Source of the DNA: Paraspadella gotoi | Taxonomy: Eukaryota; Animalia; Chaetognatha | DNA: 64,000 nt | Direction: 5' to 3' | Assembly (NCBI GenBank): GCA_051294375.1 | Contig: CM119264.1 | Location: 7,151,814-7,215,813, forward strand | Shown here: positions 39,652 through 50,675 of the stretch, piece by piece | Position numbering within the stretch: the stretch's first letter is position 1 | Layout of the letters: each line of letters starts with the position of its first letter | Program-made: the position numbers and the translations under genes | Notes under the pieces: generated by a model | What the model was told of the DNA's origin: nothing | Databases searched by the model: none | What the model saw: the letters and a program-made list of their open reading frames with translations, nothing else

Positions 39652-39935
39652 GTAAGCGCAGATGTATGAAGCTGTTGTGCGCAGAGGAGGGGAAAAGGCG
39701 ACTTGTCTACTAGGCTGTAAAAAAGGCATAAATTGATGATTTTATGCCCTTACAACAAAATTAAAGCAAATACAGCAATCTATGTATTTGAATCTATTAT
39801 ATTCAGAGCTCGGTAAAAGATTGGATTCTATACATATATTTAGCAATTCTTGATGACTGAACTACCGGAGCCAGCATATTTTTTTAATCTCAAACCGAAG
39901 TAGCCAACTAATTTTTAAAAAAATATTTGAATAAG

Positions 39936-40092
39936 GGACATTCCGACAAAGGGACATCCGGGCGGCGGCGGCGGAGGCGGCGACGGCCGCATCGGTCGCG
40001 CCGGCGGAGGTGGAGGAGGAAGCGCAGATCCGGCGAAGTTGGGGGAGCTCTGGTTCGCCGGAAATACTTCTTACAATACTTACGTCTTTCAG
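39936..40092 (+). CDS. Ig-superfamily receptor exon: Gly-rich insert and middle of Ig2
   Basis: Runs from tttgaatAAG|G (phase 2) to CAG|GTTAGA (phase 0), exactly bridging the phases of its neighbours. Reads RDIPTKGHPGGGGGGGDGRIGRAGGGGGGSADPAKLGELWFAGNTSYNTYVFQ. Confidence 0.75.
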
Positions 40093-40260
40093 GTTAGAAG
40101 CCTTTATTGCAAATCCGCTAAAACATTTTTTTTGGTGGCTTTCAAATTAATTATACTACTAGTAATTTTAATTTTATCCGCAACAACTTTTGATTTATCC
40201 TTCACGATAGATTTATTCCTTTAGATTTATCACCAATCTTGCCCCATCCATTTCCTCCAG

Positions 40261-40447
40261 CCCAACTTCAAGGATCACGGGACTTCCCTCACATGCTCCG
40301 TCTCACACTCCTGGCCGGGTAAGGCCGAGTTTCCCTCCTGCGGCTTCGCGTCTCTCGACGTCAAATTCGGTCCGCGACTTGAGTGTCGCGACCAACAGGT
40401 AGCGTGGGACAACGCCACCTCCATCGCCGTCGGATGCGACGTCTTGG
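40261..40447 (+). CDS. Ig-superfamily receptor exon: end of Ig2 (CD80-like C2-set) and start of Ig3
   Basis: Acceptor tttcctccAG (phase 0), donor G|GTGAGG (phase 1). Reads PNFKDHGTSLTCSVSHSWPGKAEFPSCGFASLDVKFGPRLECRDQQVAWDNATSIAVGCDVL. The PxxxDHGxxLTCxVxH and LDVxFxP motifs are typical of nephrin/Kirrel/sidestep-type C2 domains. Confidence 0.88.
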
Positions 40448-41275
40448 GTGAGGGTGGTTGGGGGCGGTGGATGGGTGGGAGGTGGGGGGAATATTGGGGG
40501 CGTGAGTTGTACGTGATCGAACAGTTTCACGAGAGAAGTGTGCATATGGGGAAAGAGGCGGCCTGACTGGTCGAAAGATGTAAACAATGGGGAGCTGAGT
40601 ATGCTGGGTCGAAAACTAAGGGCTGGGAAGAGTTTCGTCTATTTCATTCAAGTTCTATTCAAGGTTTTATCATTATTATTATTTTTATTTATTTATTTAT
40701 TTATTATTTATCATTATTAACGTTTCATGTACGCACAAACCTGCATGTATACAACGATTTTTTTAATATAACATTATCACGTGGTACGCAATACTATTGC
40801 CAATAGGGATGAGTTAGACGAAATGATTTAAACGCTGCGACGAAACGAAAGAGAAGATAATGATGACATCGAAACGAAGCATAAAAAAGGATGAGATTTA
40901 AGCCGAGATAAAGTAATTAACGAAGCGAAAAGCGCAACGAAAGATTAAAGCAAAAAAAAAAAAAAGACTCGAAAAAGAGATTTCATTTGTCGCTTGTCGT
41001 CGTCGCAGTCAGTCTGTCGGTCTGACTGATTATTATTTTTATTAAACTGTAAAGCTGTTAATGCTCGGATTATTTCAAGAATTACCAAGTTGTCAAATAG
41101 TTTTTGGAATGCAAATAAAACAATTTTCAACTTTTAAATAGACTGTAGTTTGAATTTTAGTCTCAGACAATTATTGTTAAAAAACATTTTTTTTAACTAA
41201 GTTATAACTTTGACGTCCGTATTTATACGCTTATAAGCGAGAAAAAATGATTCGTCAACCATTTTCGTTGCCAAG

Positions 41276-41391
41276 GAAACCCCATGATTCCCCTGGACAA
41301 CATCTCATGGTGCTTCGGGACTCATCGGACTTTTGGAAAAGTGACTTGCATCAAGGGAACGGAGAGATTCTTTGATGGCGGCTCGTTGCAG
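41276..41391 (+). CDS. Ig-superfamily receptor exon: Ig3 middle (3' boundary runs into the N-gap)
   Basis: Acceptor ttttcgttgccaAG in phase 1 gives C-D-V-L-G-N-P with the previous exon. Reads GNPMIPLDNISWCFGTHRTFGKVTCIKGTERFFDGGSLQ. Confidence 0.78.
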
Positions 41392-41914
41392 NNNNNNNNN
41401 NNNNNNNNNNNNNNNNNNNNNNNNNNNNNNNNNNNNNNNNNNNNNNNNNNNNNNNNNNNNNNNNNNNNNNNNNNNNNNNNNNNNNNNNNNNNNNNNNNNN
41501 NNNNNNNNNNNNNNNNNNNNNNNNNNNNNNNNNNNNNNNNNNNNNNNNNNNNNNNNNNNNNNNNNNNNNNNNNNNNNNNNNNNNNNNNNNNNNNNNNNNN
41601 NNNNNNNNNNNNNNNNNNNNNNNNAAAAAAATAGAAAACGGGAAAAAGAGGCGTTAGCAGAATTTCCCTCGGGGAGACACGATAAAAAAGTGGGTCATCT
41701 TTGGAATCGAACTTTTGACCTTCTGGTCCACGAGAGGGTCGTTTCCGCCAGTGACATCCGTTGATAATGACGACGGCGACGATAGCGACGACGACGACGA
41801 CGGGCGACAAGGAAGAAGAAGAAGATGGTGAGAACGATGATGATGACGACAACGACGTTATATAGAAAAGAACGACGAAAACGACGACCAAACTAAGAAG
41901 AGGACGCCAATAGG

Positions 41915-42105
41915 GGGCCTTATTTTCTCAGAACGCCCCATTTAAGGAAGGTGGTTAAGGTTAAGGATTTGTTCAAGGATTAGGAGTAAGTTAATGGATT
42001 AGGGTTAAAGATTAGAGATTAGGTAACAAGTTTAAAAATATATAATTTAAAATTAAATTCCGGGATAAAGTAACCGAAATGGGGCGCTCTGGGAATAGAG
42101 TGCCC
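41915..42105. mobile_element. MITE of about 190 bp with about 29-bp imperfect TIRs and a TTAGG(G)-like interior
   Basis: Left end gggccttattttctcagaacgccccattt. The reverse complement of the right end is gggcactctattcccagagcgccccattt. Confidence 0.65.
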
Positions 42106-44053
42106 AAATGGCGACGTTTCAAAAAACTCGTTAACTCACCCTCGTTTTCTCCTCACCTTTGATTTCTCTTAACGGAGGAAAGTCTACAGTTTCGAGATGA
42201 GTAGTTGGCACGCGAACCGAACCCGGGACCTTTCTGTACTCGTTCGGCCACCGATTCTTTTTACCAAAATTATCTTTTCTCTTTGATTTCCTTCTTCTTC
42301 GGTGGCGGCGGCGCCGGTGACGGCTTCGGCTGCAGCGGAGGATGCGGCTTCGGCTGCGGCGGCGGCGTAGGCGATGTTTTTCATGTTTCCATAATTCTTA
42401 TTTTTTCTCCAAAAAAATTCATCTCGGAATTCAAGTCATTCGTTGATTCAACGAATCGTGAATCGTGATTAGTGTCACTGACTCACGGGGGTGAGACTGT
42501 GAGAGTTTGAGGTCGTTGAACTTTTAAATCATTTCGAGGCGCGAACGGGGGGAGACAAGAAAAAGGGAAGAACGTGAAGTGAGAAGGAAGAAGAGGTTCT
42601 GGTGTGTATGGTGGGTAAGGCAAGATGGGAGAGTTAAGGATCGGTAAAAGAAAGATAACGAAAGAGAGGCAGGCAGGAAAGGTTTCGACTATCGAAAGAA
42701 GGTAAAGTGAAAATAAACTAACGCAGTGAGGTTGGGCGACCGGCGGCAGTCTAAGATCGGAGAAGGAGAGAAGGGAACCATAATTGCTTTACAGAAAGAG
42801 TGATGGACAAAATTGAAAGAGAAGTAATAAGAGAAAAGAAGAGAAGGTTAGATGGAGCCGCCAATGAAGACAGGAGAGAACGGGCCATGCATGAGACAGG
42901 GGAGAACAGATCCAATGAGTCCATACCATTCCATAAGAACATTGGAAAGATTGAGGGAAATTACTAGATTCCGAACGAGTTGCCTTTAACTTGCCTTTTT
43001 TTTTTTTTTTTTTTCAAAAATAAGATTAGAATTTATCAGAAAAGACGAGGCCGGTGATTGGCCATGGGGGTCGCGGTGACAATGATCGAAAAAAAAATGA
43101 TATAAAAAATTTCGAAAGGGCAGACGCGCTCTTCTGCCTACCTATAATCTATAACCTACCTAACTATACTTGAATCATTCATGTCATTAAATAATTAGGT
43201 AATAGGCGTTTTCTCTGTTAGCAAACCGCATCTGCATGCGAGTTAGTGGGTTGCGGCGAGAGAAAGGTAGAGTGACTGAACTAAGAGGTATATATGTGAA
43301 AAAGAGTGAGAAGTGGCAAAAAGCAAAGGTTAAGACAGTGAATGAGAGAGTGTAGAGAGAGGGAGATAGTATGAGAGAAGGAGAGAGAGAGGAGAGAGAG
43401 AGAGGTAGAAGGAAGAGAGAGAGAAGAGAGTTGAGAGGCAGTCTATGAATATGTTGGGAAGAACATTGAAAAGAGGAGAGTGTCAAGAGAGAGCGAGTAG
43501 TGAAAAAGGAAGAGTAGCAAAGAGAGATTGAGAGTGCCAAAGGCGAGAGGTTAAAGAGAGAGCGAAAAGATTGAGCGAGTCGGCGCAACAGTCGTCGAGT
43601 CCCGCGCCTTTCGTCGCCGACCAATTAATGCGTTTCACACGTGACTTTTTTCCGGGGCGACGAGTCGAAGGCAGAGAGAAGCTGAGAGAGAGAAAAAAGA
43701 GAAGCTCAGTTTTCTAAGGCGATAGATAGGATGGGCGACACTCGAGAGAAGAAAAACCCCAAAGGAGAAAAGAAAAGTTTTGACTAAGGAAAAAGTCGAG
43801 AAGAGCGGAATATGTTCTCTCGAAAAAGCCAGAGAAAAGGTCCTTCAAACTGACAAATGAACAGCGAGGTTCAAGTCCGTCTGTGCCTTTCTTACCTATC
43901 TCCACTTCCCCTCTTCCATTCCTCTTCCACAACCCCCTCCCCACTCCTTTTCCAATTTTCCACTCCTTTTTCCACAACCTCCTCTTTCCACACTCACTTC
44001 CCCCTTCTTACACAACCCCCTTTGCCCAACCCCCTTTCCACAACCATATAAAG

Positions 44054-44237
44054 GCGACGAGCGTGACGGGGGGCGTCCGCTTCCTTCTCTCTCTCTGGGA
44101 GCGGAACATTCTCTCCGTCCTCAAACCCAAGATGATCTTCGTAGTGAACGCGCGACGACGCGACGGGACGATGATCAAGAAGACGATCATCCTCAAGTAT
44201 TTCAAGCGGCCCAAGCTCGAATGTCCTCCGCACTACG
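44054..44237 (+). CDS. Ig-superfamily receptor exon: end of Ig3 and start of Ig4
   Basis: A long pyrimidine tract precedes AAG|GCG (phase 0). Donor G|GTAAAG (phase 1). Reads ATSVTGGVRFLLSLWERNILSVLKPKMIFVVNARRRDGTMIKKTIILKYFKRPKLECPPHY. PKLEC parallels PRLEC at the start of Ig3. Confidence 0.8.
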
Positions 44238-44344
44238 GTAAAGGGATGGGTGAATTAGACCGATGGGAATCAGGGTGATTTTTATTCTAATATCACTATC
44301 AAACGGGAAGGAACGCACAGTCGTATTATTGTATAATTATATTA

Positions 44345-44379
<35 letters not shown>

Positions 44380-44517
44380 CTGGTGACATGTTATAAAAAA
44401 GCACGAATTTACGTCAGTTTCAGACGATTTTCTATGGAATCGAAAGGCCTTCGTATCGCCCGTCGAAATGTTATAACATTCAAGTATTGCCGAGGAATTA
44501 AGAAGAAAACGTCCTAT

Positions 44518-44765
44518 TATGGCAACAGCCGGGTTGCCTGTGATGCCCATTGGGATGGGGCATCTCACTGTTGGCTTTGGGGGCTTCCGACCCTCAGTGA
44601 CGCCTCCAGTCACAGGCGCGGTTACCCTAGGACGGTCTCGCTTTGCCAACGCAGAGGGAAGTCGTTAGGACTGTGGATGGAACACTACGCCAGGGATGGT
44701 GTGTTCCCCCTCTGAGCCAATGAATTAGGATGGTGGACGTGAGGCGGTGTGAATATACCGCCACA
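44518..44765. mobile_element. 248-bp solo-LTR-like or Ginger-like insertion in an intron, with 4-bp TSD CTAT
   Basis: ctat|TATGGC...GCCACA|ctat. It is GC-rich relative to its flanks, and its last 105 bp or so recur inverted at 58538-58650. Confidence 0.55.
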
Positions 44766-44855
44766 CTATTGAATATCCAATTATCCATACTTTATTTTAT
44801 TATTAAAAATCCATAAAAACGGAGTTGACATCTCCGCAATCTCCATCTCCCACAG

Positions 44856-45029
44856 TGCTCCGGTCCAGCGACCTCCAGACTTCCTTCGTCTGCAATTATT
44901 CAGCATTTCCGCCGCCGACGCAGCGGGACTTCGTCTGGCGAATCCACCGCGAATCCGGCGCTGCGCTGAGCGGCGGCGAGGTCGAGTCCGCGCTGCTGCA
45001 GAAGTCGGACAACGTCGTCGTCTCCGTCG
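44856..45029 (+). CDS. Ig-superfamily receptor exon: first part of Ig4 (truncated by the N-gap)
   Basis: Acceptor ctcccacAG (phase 1). Reads VLRSSDLQTSFVCNYSAFPPPTQRDFVWRIHRESGAALSGGEVESALLQKSDNVVVSV, with a CxxxAFPPP...W motif. Confidence 0.82.
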
Positions 45030-45039
45030 NNNNNNNNNN

Positions 45040-45123
45040 GCCGAGACTCTCTCCAACCTCAACTCGTTCGGAGGTTCTTACGAGGCCGAGCAAAGCGTGG
45101 ACGCCGCGTTGGGGACCTTAGAG
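45040..45123 (+). CDS. Ig-superfamily receptor exon: juxtamembrane stalk (5' end in the gap)
   Basis: Reads AETLSNLNSFGGSYEAEQSVDAALGTLE, then GAG|GTAAGG (phase 0), in frame with the transmembrane exon. Confidence 0.7.
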
Positions 45124-45138
45124 GTAAGGGAAGTCGAC

Positions 45139-45171
<33 letters not shown>

Positions 45172-45417
45172 TCACTGATTCTTTTTAGTTTGTTTTTAAA
45201 TAACCGTAATGATAATTGATCGAATTCGATCGTTTAATAGCTATTTATCAATTAGTTTTACATATTGCATTTGTTAGCTGCTTGATTCGTCGGTTGTTTA
45301 TTTTGCCGATCGATTCTTCATTAATCATCCTTCTATCAGTTTTCTCAATTAGTTTTCAGCAAAGATCGATTGGTTTCTCCTCGAATGGTTGATTGATTGA
45401 TCGATTGCTCGTCGCAG

Positions 45418-45596
45418 ATCGTGACGACCCTCGCCATCGTCATTTCCGTCGTTCTCGTCGCTCTCATCCTCGTCCTTCTCTACAAACGAAATCTCATCGG
45501 CAGACGGAAGCGAGAGGCTTCCGCCGGGTTCAGCGACGCCTCCTCAACGGTCTGGAATTTCTACTACGTGTCGCCCTCTGGCAACGCCGTCTGCCT
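45418..45596 (+). CDS. Ig-superfamily receptor exon: transmembrane helix and start of the cytoplasmic tail (3' end uncertain)
   Basis: gtcgcAG|ATC. Reads IVTTLAIVISVVLVALILVLLY followed by the basic stop-transfer KRNLIGRRKR. Confidence 0.85.
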
Positions 45597-46256
45597 NNNN
45601 NNNNNNNNNNNNNNNNNNNNNNNNNNNNNNNNNNNNNNNNNNNNNNNNNNNNNNNNNNNNNNNNNNNNNNNNNNNNNNNNNNNNNNNNNNNNNNNNNNNN
45701 NNNNNNNNNNNNNNNNNNNNNNNNNNNNNNNNNNNNNNNNNNNNNNNNNNNNNNNNNNNNNNNNNNNNNNNNNNNNNNNNNNNNNNNNNNNNNNNNNNNN
45801 NNNNNNNNNNNNNNNNNNNNNNNNNNNNNNNNNNNNNNNNNNNNNNNNNNNNNTCGTCGTCGTCGTCGTCGTCGACGTCATCGTCGTCGTCTTTTCACTT
45901 TTCCTCTTAAAAGTGGCACCAAGTTTAACAAATTTGACACATTTAAGAATAAATATTTCAAAGCAGCGCATCGTTGTTTTCTTCACCTCTTAAGTTTTCC
46001 TTCGAAAATTTCGTGCGAGTTTTATTCGCAGGTTTGAATATTTTTAACACATTTTCGGACATTCTGGAAATTATTTTGAGTTAATATGACAAGATGTTAT
46101 AAAAAGTTACATAACGCACAACACTTGATATAAAACAAAACATATATATTCTTTGTGCGACATCGAAAGTTTAATATACAACTAAAGAGGCTTGCTTTGG
46201 TTTCTGTCTGCTTTAAAGCAATAAAGCTTGCAATTTTCTTCCACCTCATGGTGTTT

Positions 46257-46291
<35 letters not shown>

Positions 46292-48076
46292 NNNNNNNNN
46301 NNNNNNNNNNNNNNNNNNNNNNNNNNNNNNNNNNNNNNNNNNNNNNNNNNNNNNNNNNNNNNNNNNNNNNNNNNNNNNNNNNNNNNNNNNNNNNNNNNNN
46401 NNNNNNNNNNNNNNNNNNNNNNNNNNNNNNNNNNNNNNNNNNNNNNNNNNNNNNNNNNNNNNNNNNNNNNNNNNNNNNNNNNNNNNNNNNNNNNNNNNNN
46501 NNNNNNNNNNNNNNNNNNNNNNNNNNNNNNNNNNNNNNNNNNNNNNNNAGGAGGAGGAGGAGGAGGAGGAGGAGGATAAAGAGGAAGCCGTTGGCCCAAT
46601 GGGAATCGGTTTGTTTTTGTTTTTCCGTCAACTGATTCGTTTCATTTTTTTTTTATTATTCAAGTTTGCTTTTGCCTTCTCTTCGCCCGGAAACTTTTCT
46701 AGATTAGGCGGCCGCCACGAAAATGCATATTATTATCCATCGCTTTAAACTTTATCGTTATTTTAAGTTTTTCTTTTATCGCCCCGTAACGTCGCTGGTT
46801 TGGAATTTCGGGTTTTTCCCGCGCGTGACAAACGGCGCGTGGCTGCGACGTGACAACTTATGCCCCCTTTCTGTTGTGATCGAGATAAAGGGTCTGCATT
46901 TTCTAAGACGGATTTTTTTTCGGCGACGCTACGTGAACGAATGCCAGACCAGGAAAGTTATGACGACAAGAAGAGACTCACGTTCTTGTAAACATTGATT
47001 CACGGNNNNNNNNNNNNNNNNNNNNNNNNNGAATTCCTCGCTGAGGTCTGTGCAGTTTTTTGCGGTTCTTGAGTTATAATGGAGAAATGTGCCTTACCAG
47101 TGGACAAGTCATCACCAAAAATAACAAAGAAAGAACTAGGTTTTCCCAATTTTCTTATCTGACTTTGATGTAATTTGGTTTACCAGGTTTATCTTAATTT
47201 AAGAATCATATTATGATTGAACAGTTAGCTTGATAGGTTACATTGATGTCAGGTTAAAGGGGATTTTAGCGATTTTGAATTTTAAGAAAGAAAGAAGGTT
47301 TTTCCAAGTACTTCTCAATTCATCAAAGAACAAAGAAATTACGAGAAGTTTTCTTTGTTGCACCAACGGAGTACTTGGTCGGTGGTATAATGTTTTGTCT
47401 GTTTATCTCTTTGTCGTTGTAAAGGCTTATAGGCAAGGTAAGGAGTAATGTACCATAAACCTTCATTAGCATATGTATCTACTTGTGCAGTCACCGTGAT
47501 CAACCGAAAAATTTGATTATTGACGAAAAAATAAATGCGGTTATAACTTAAGATACGGAATCCTACATGTCCTCATGTTTGTCCTTGTCTGTTAATTAAC
47601 GACCAACGTAATATTTGACTTTGTTAATTGCTTTTCCCTTCTCCTGCCACAGCGATTGAATATGAATAGAAAATTAACTTTCTATCTACACAGAGAAATT
47701 AACGCCATATTCATTCGTAATATTAAACATTTTCTGACTTTGTCTATAAAATGAGTTCATAACTAGAATGAAATTAAATTTAAATAACGAGACAATTATT
47801 TACTAAAAATGACTCAAATATTGATACACCCAATATACTTCTACGAGTAAACTTCTGTTAAGATCGAAATAATTTCAAAAAAATTTCAATTTCTGTAGTC
47901 TTATTCTATTTTCAAACTGGTCAAATAATTGAACAAAACATTTAAAATGAAAATCAAAAAAACAAAAACCGAATTGCGATTTGAAAGAAAAGTTAAAATA
48001 AACAATGTAAACTAAAAGTTTAAAAAATTCAGACTAAACCTAACAATTTAGTTTTTAAAAAATTTATATTATATTA

Positions 48077-50675
48077 GGCTTAATTCATTGTTATTTATTA
48101 TTCTCATTTCAAAAGCCATCACATTCTTTACAAAGTCCAAACTTGATTTTATTTCATGCCTAAAATTAATTGTTCTCGTCATTATTCACTGATATGATTT
48201 ATGATTGTGCTCTCATTTGACGGAGAATGCCCATGCTTATCATTGTTATATTATTTTTTCATTTCAAAAAGCATCACATTTCTTTACCATAGTCCGACAG
48301 GATTTGATTTTTCCATAATTTAAAAGTACAGTTCTCATCATTATCATGAGTATAATTCATGTGCTCGTCAGGCCGGGAAATTGCCCAATGCTTAATCATT
48401 GTTATTTATTATTTCATTCAAAAGGCATCACATTTTCTTACCATAGGGGTCCAAAACATGATTTGATTTATGCCATAATTAAAGTTGTTCTCGTCATTAT
48501 CACTGATATATTCATGTGCTCGTCATTTGGCTGGGAAATGCTCAATTCTTAATCATTGATTTATTATTTCATTTTCAAAAAGATCACATTATCTTTTACC
48601 ATAGGTCCAAACATTGATTTTATTTATGCCATAAATTAAAGTTGTTCGTTCATTATCACTGATATAATTCATGTGCTCGTCATTTGGCGAGAATGCTCAT
48701 CTTAATCATTGTATTATTTCATTTCAAAAGCATCACATTCTTTACCAAGGTCCAAACTGATTTTATTTATTGCCATAAATTAAAGTAGTCTCGTCATTAT
48801 CACTGATATGATTTTTATGTGCTCATTATTTGCGGAGAATGCCCAAGCTTAATCATGTTATTTATTATTTCATTTCAAAAGCAATCCATTTCTTTACCCA
48901 AAGCGTCCAAACTTGATTTTATTTCATAGCCATAATTAAAGTTGTCTTCTCATTATCACTGATATGATTGATGTGCTCATCATTTGACGGAGAATTGCCC
49001 CAATGCTTAATCATTGTTATTTATTATTCATTTCCAAAAGCATCACATTTCTTTACCATTAGGTCCGAACATTGATTTGATTTTATGCCATAATTTTAAA
49101 GTAGTCTCTCCATTATCACTGATATAAATTCATGTGCTCGTCATTTGGCGGGAAATGCCCAATGCTTAAATCATTGTTTATTTATTATTTCATTTCAAAT
49201 TCATCACATTTCTTTACATAGGTCCCAAAACATGATGATTGATGCCATAAATTAAAGTGCTCGTTCATATTACACTGATATGATTTATGTGACTCATCAT
49301 TGGCGGAGAATGCCCAATGCTTATCATGGTTATTTATATTTCATTATCAAAGCATCACAATTTCTTTTACCATAGGTTCCAAACCTTTGATTTATTTTCA
49401 TGCCATTAATTAAAGTTTGTCTCGTCATTATCACTGATATGATTTATGTGCTCATCATTTGGCGGAGATGCCCAATTGCTTAATCATTGTTAATTATATA
49501 TTTCATTTCAAAAGGCATTCACATTTTCTTTACCATCAGGTCCGAAACATGATTTGATTTATGCCATAATTTAAAGTAGTCTCATCATTATCCACTGATA
49601 TTAATTTCATGTGCCTCGTCATTGGCGTGAAAATTGCTCAATCTTAATTCTTTTTATTTATCTATTCATCAAAAGCACACATTTCTTTACCATAGGTCCA
49701 ACATGATTTTATTTTTATGCCATACAATTAAAGTTGTCTCGTCATTATCACTGATTATGTGATTATGTGCTCATCATTTGGCGGGAATCTCAATTCTTAA
49801 ATATTGTTATTTTTTATTTCATTTCAAAAGCATCACATTTCTTTACCAAGGTCCAAACATGATTTTATTTTATGCCATAAATTAAAGTTGTCTTCGTCAT
49901 TATCACTGATATGATTATGTGTCTCATCATTTGGCGAGGAAATGCCAATTCTTAATCATTGTTATTATTATTTCATTTCAAAAGCATCACATTCCTTTAC
50001 CATAGGTCCAAACTTGATTTGATTTTTATGCCATAATTTAAAGTAGTCTCATCATTATCAGCTGATATTAATTTCACTTGTGTCGTCATTTGGGGGAGAA
50101 ATGCTCAATTCTTTAATCATTGTTATTTATTATTTCATTTCAAAAGCATCACATTTCTTTACCAATAGTCAACAAACATGATTTGATTTTATGCCATAAT
50201 TTAAAGTTGTTCTCGTCATTTATCACTGATCATGATTTATGTGCTCATCATTTGGCGGAGAATGCTCAATCTTAATCATTGTTATTTATTATTTCATTCA
50301 AAAGCATCACATTTCTTTTACCATAGGTCCGAACATGATTTGATTTTAATTGCCATAATTTAAAGTGTCTCATCATTATCACTGATATAATTCATGTGCT
50401 CGTCATTTGGCGGAAGCTCCAATTACTTAATCATTGTTATTATTATTTCTTTCAAAAGCATCACATTTCTTTAACCATAGGTCCCCAAACATTGATTTTA
50501 TTTCATGCCATAAAATTAAAAGTGTCTCGTCATTATCACTGATATAATTCATGGCTCGTCATTGCGGAGAATTGCTCAATTAATCATTGTTATTTATTAT
50601 TTCATTTCAAAAGCATCACATTCTTTACCATAGGTCCAAACTTGATTTTTATTTTTATGCCATTAAATTAAAGTT
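48077..50675 (+). repeat. Satellite array, AT-rich unit of about 156 bp, about 17 copies
   Basis: The anchor ttcaaaagcatcacatttctttaccataggtcc recurs about every 155 bp (about 48115, 48270, 48423 ... 50457, 50611). Confidence 0.97.

Noticed and set aside
42184-42468. Ala-rich, Pro-rich or Gly/Cys-rich ORFs in an intron
   Set aside because: They derive from short GGC/GCC repeats and have no domain or consistent splice partners.
45854-45910. Possible Ser-rich C-terminus of the Ig receptor (SSSSSSSTSSSSSFHFSS*)
   Set aside because: It is a TCG microsatellite after a gap, so the frame cannot be linked to the transmembrane exon.
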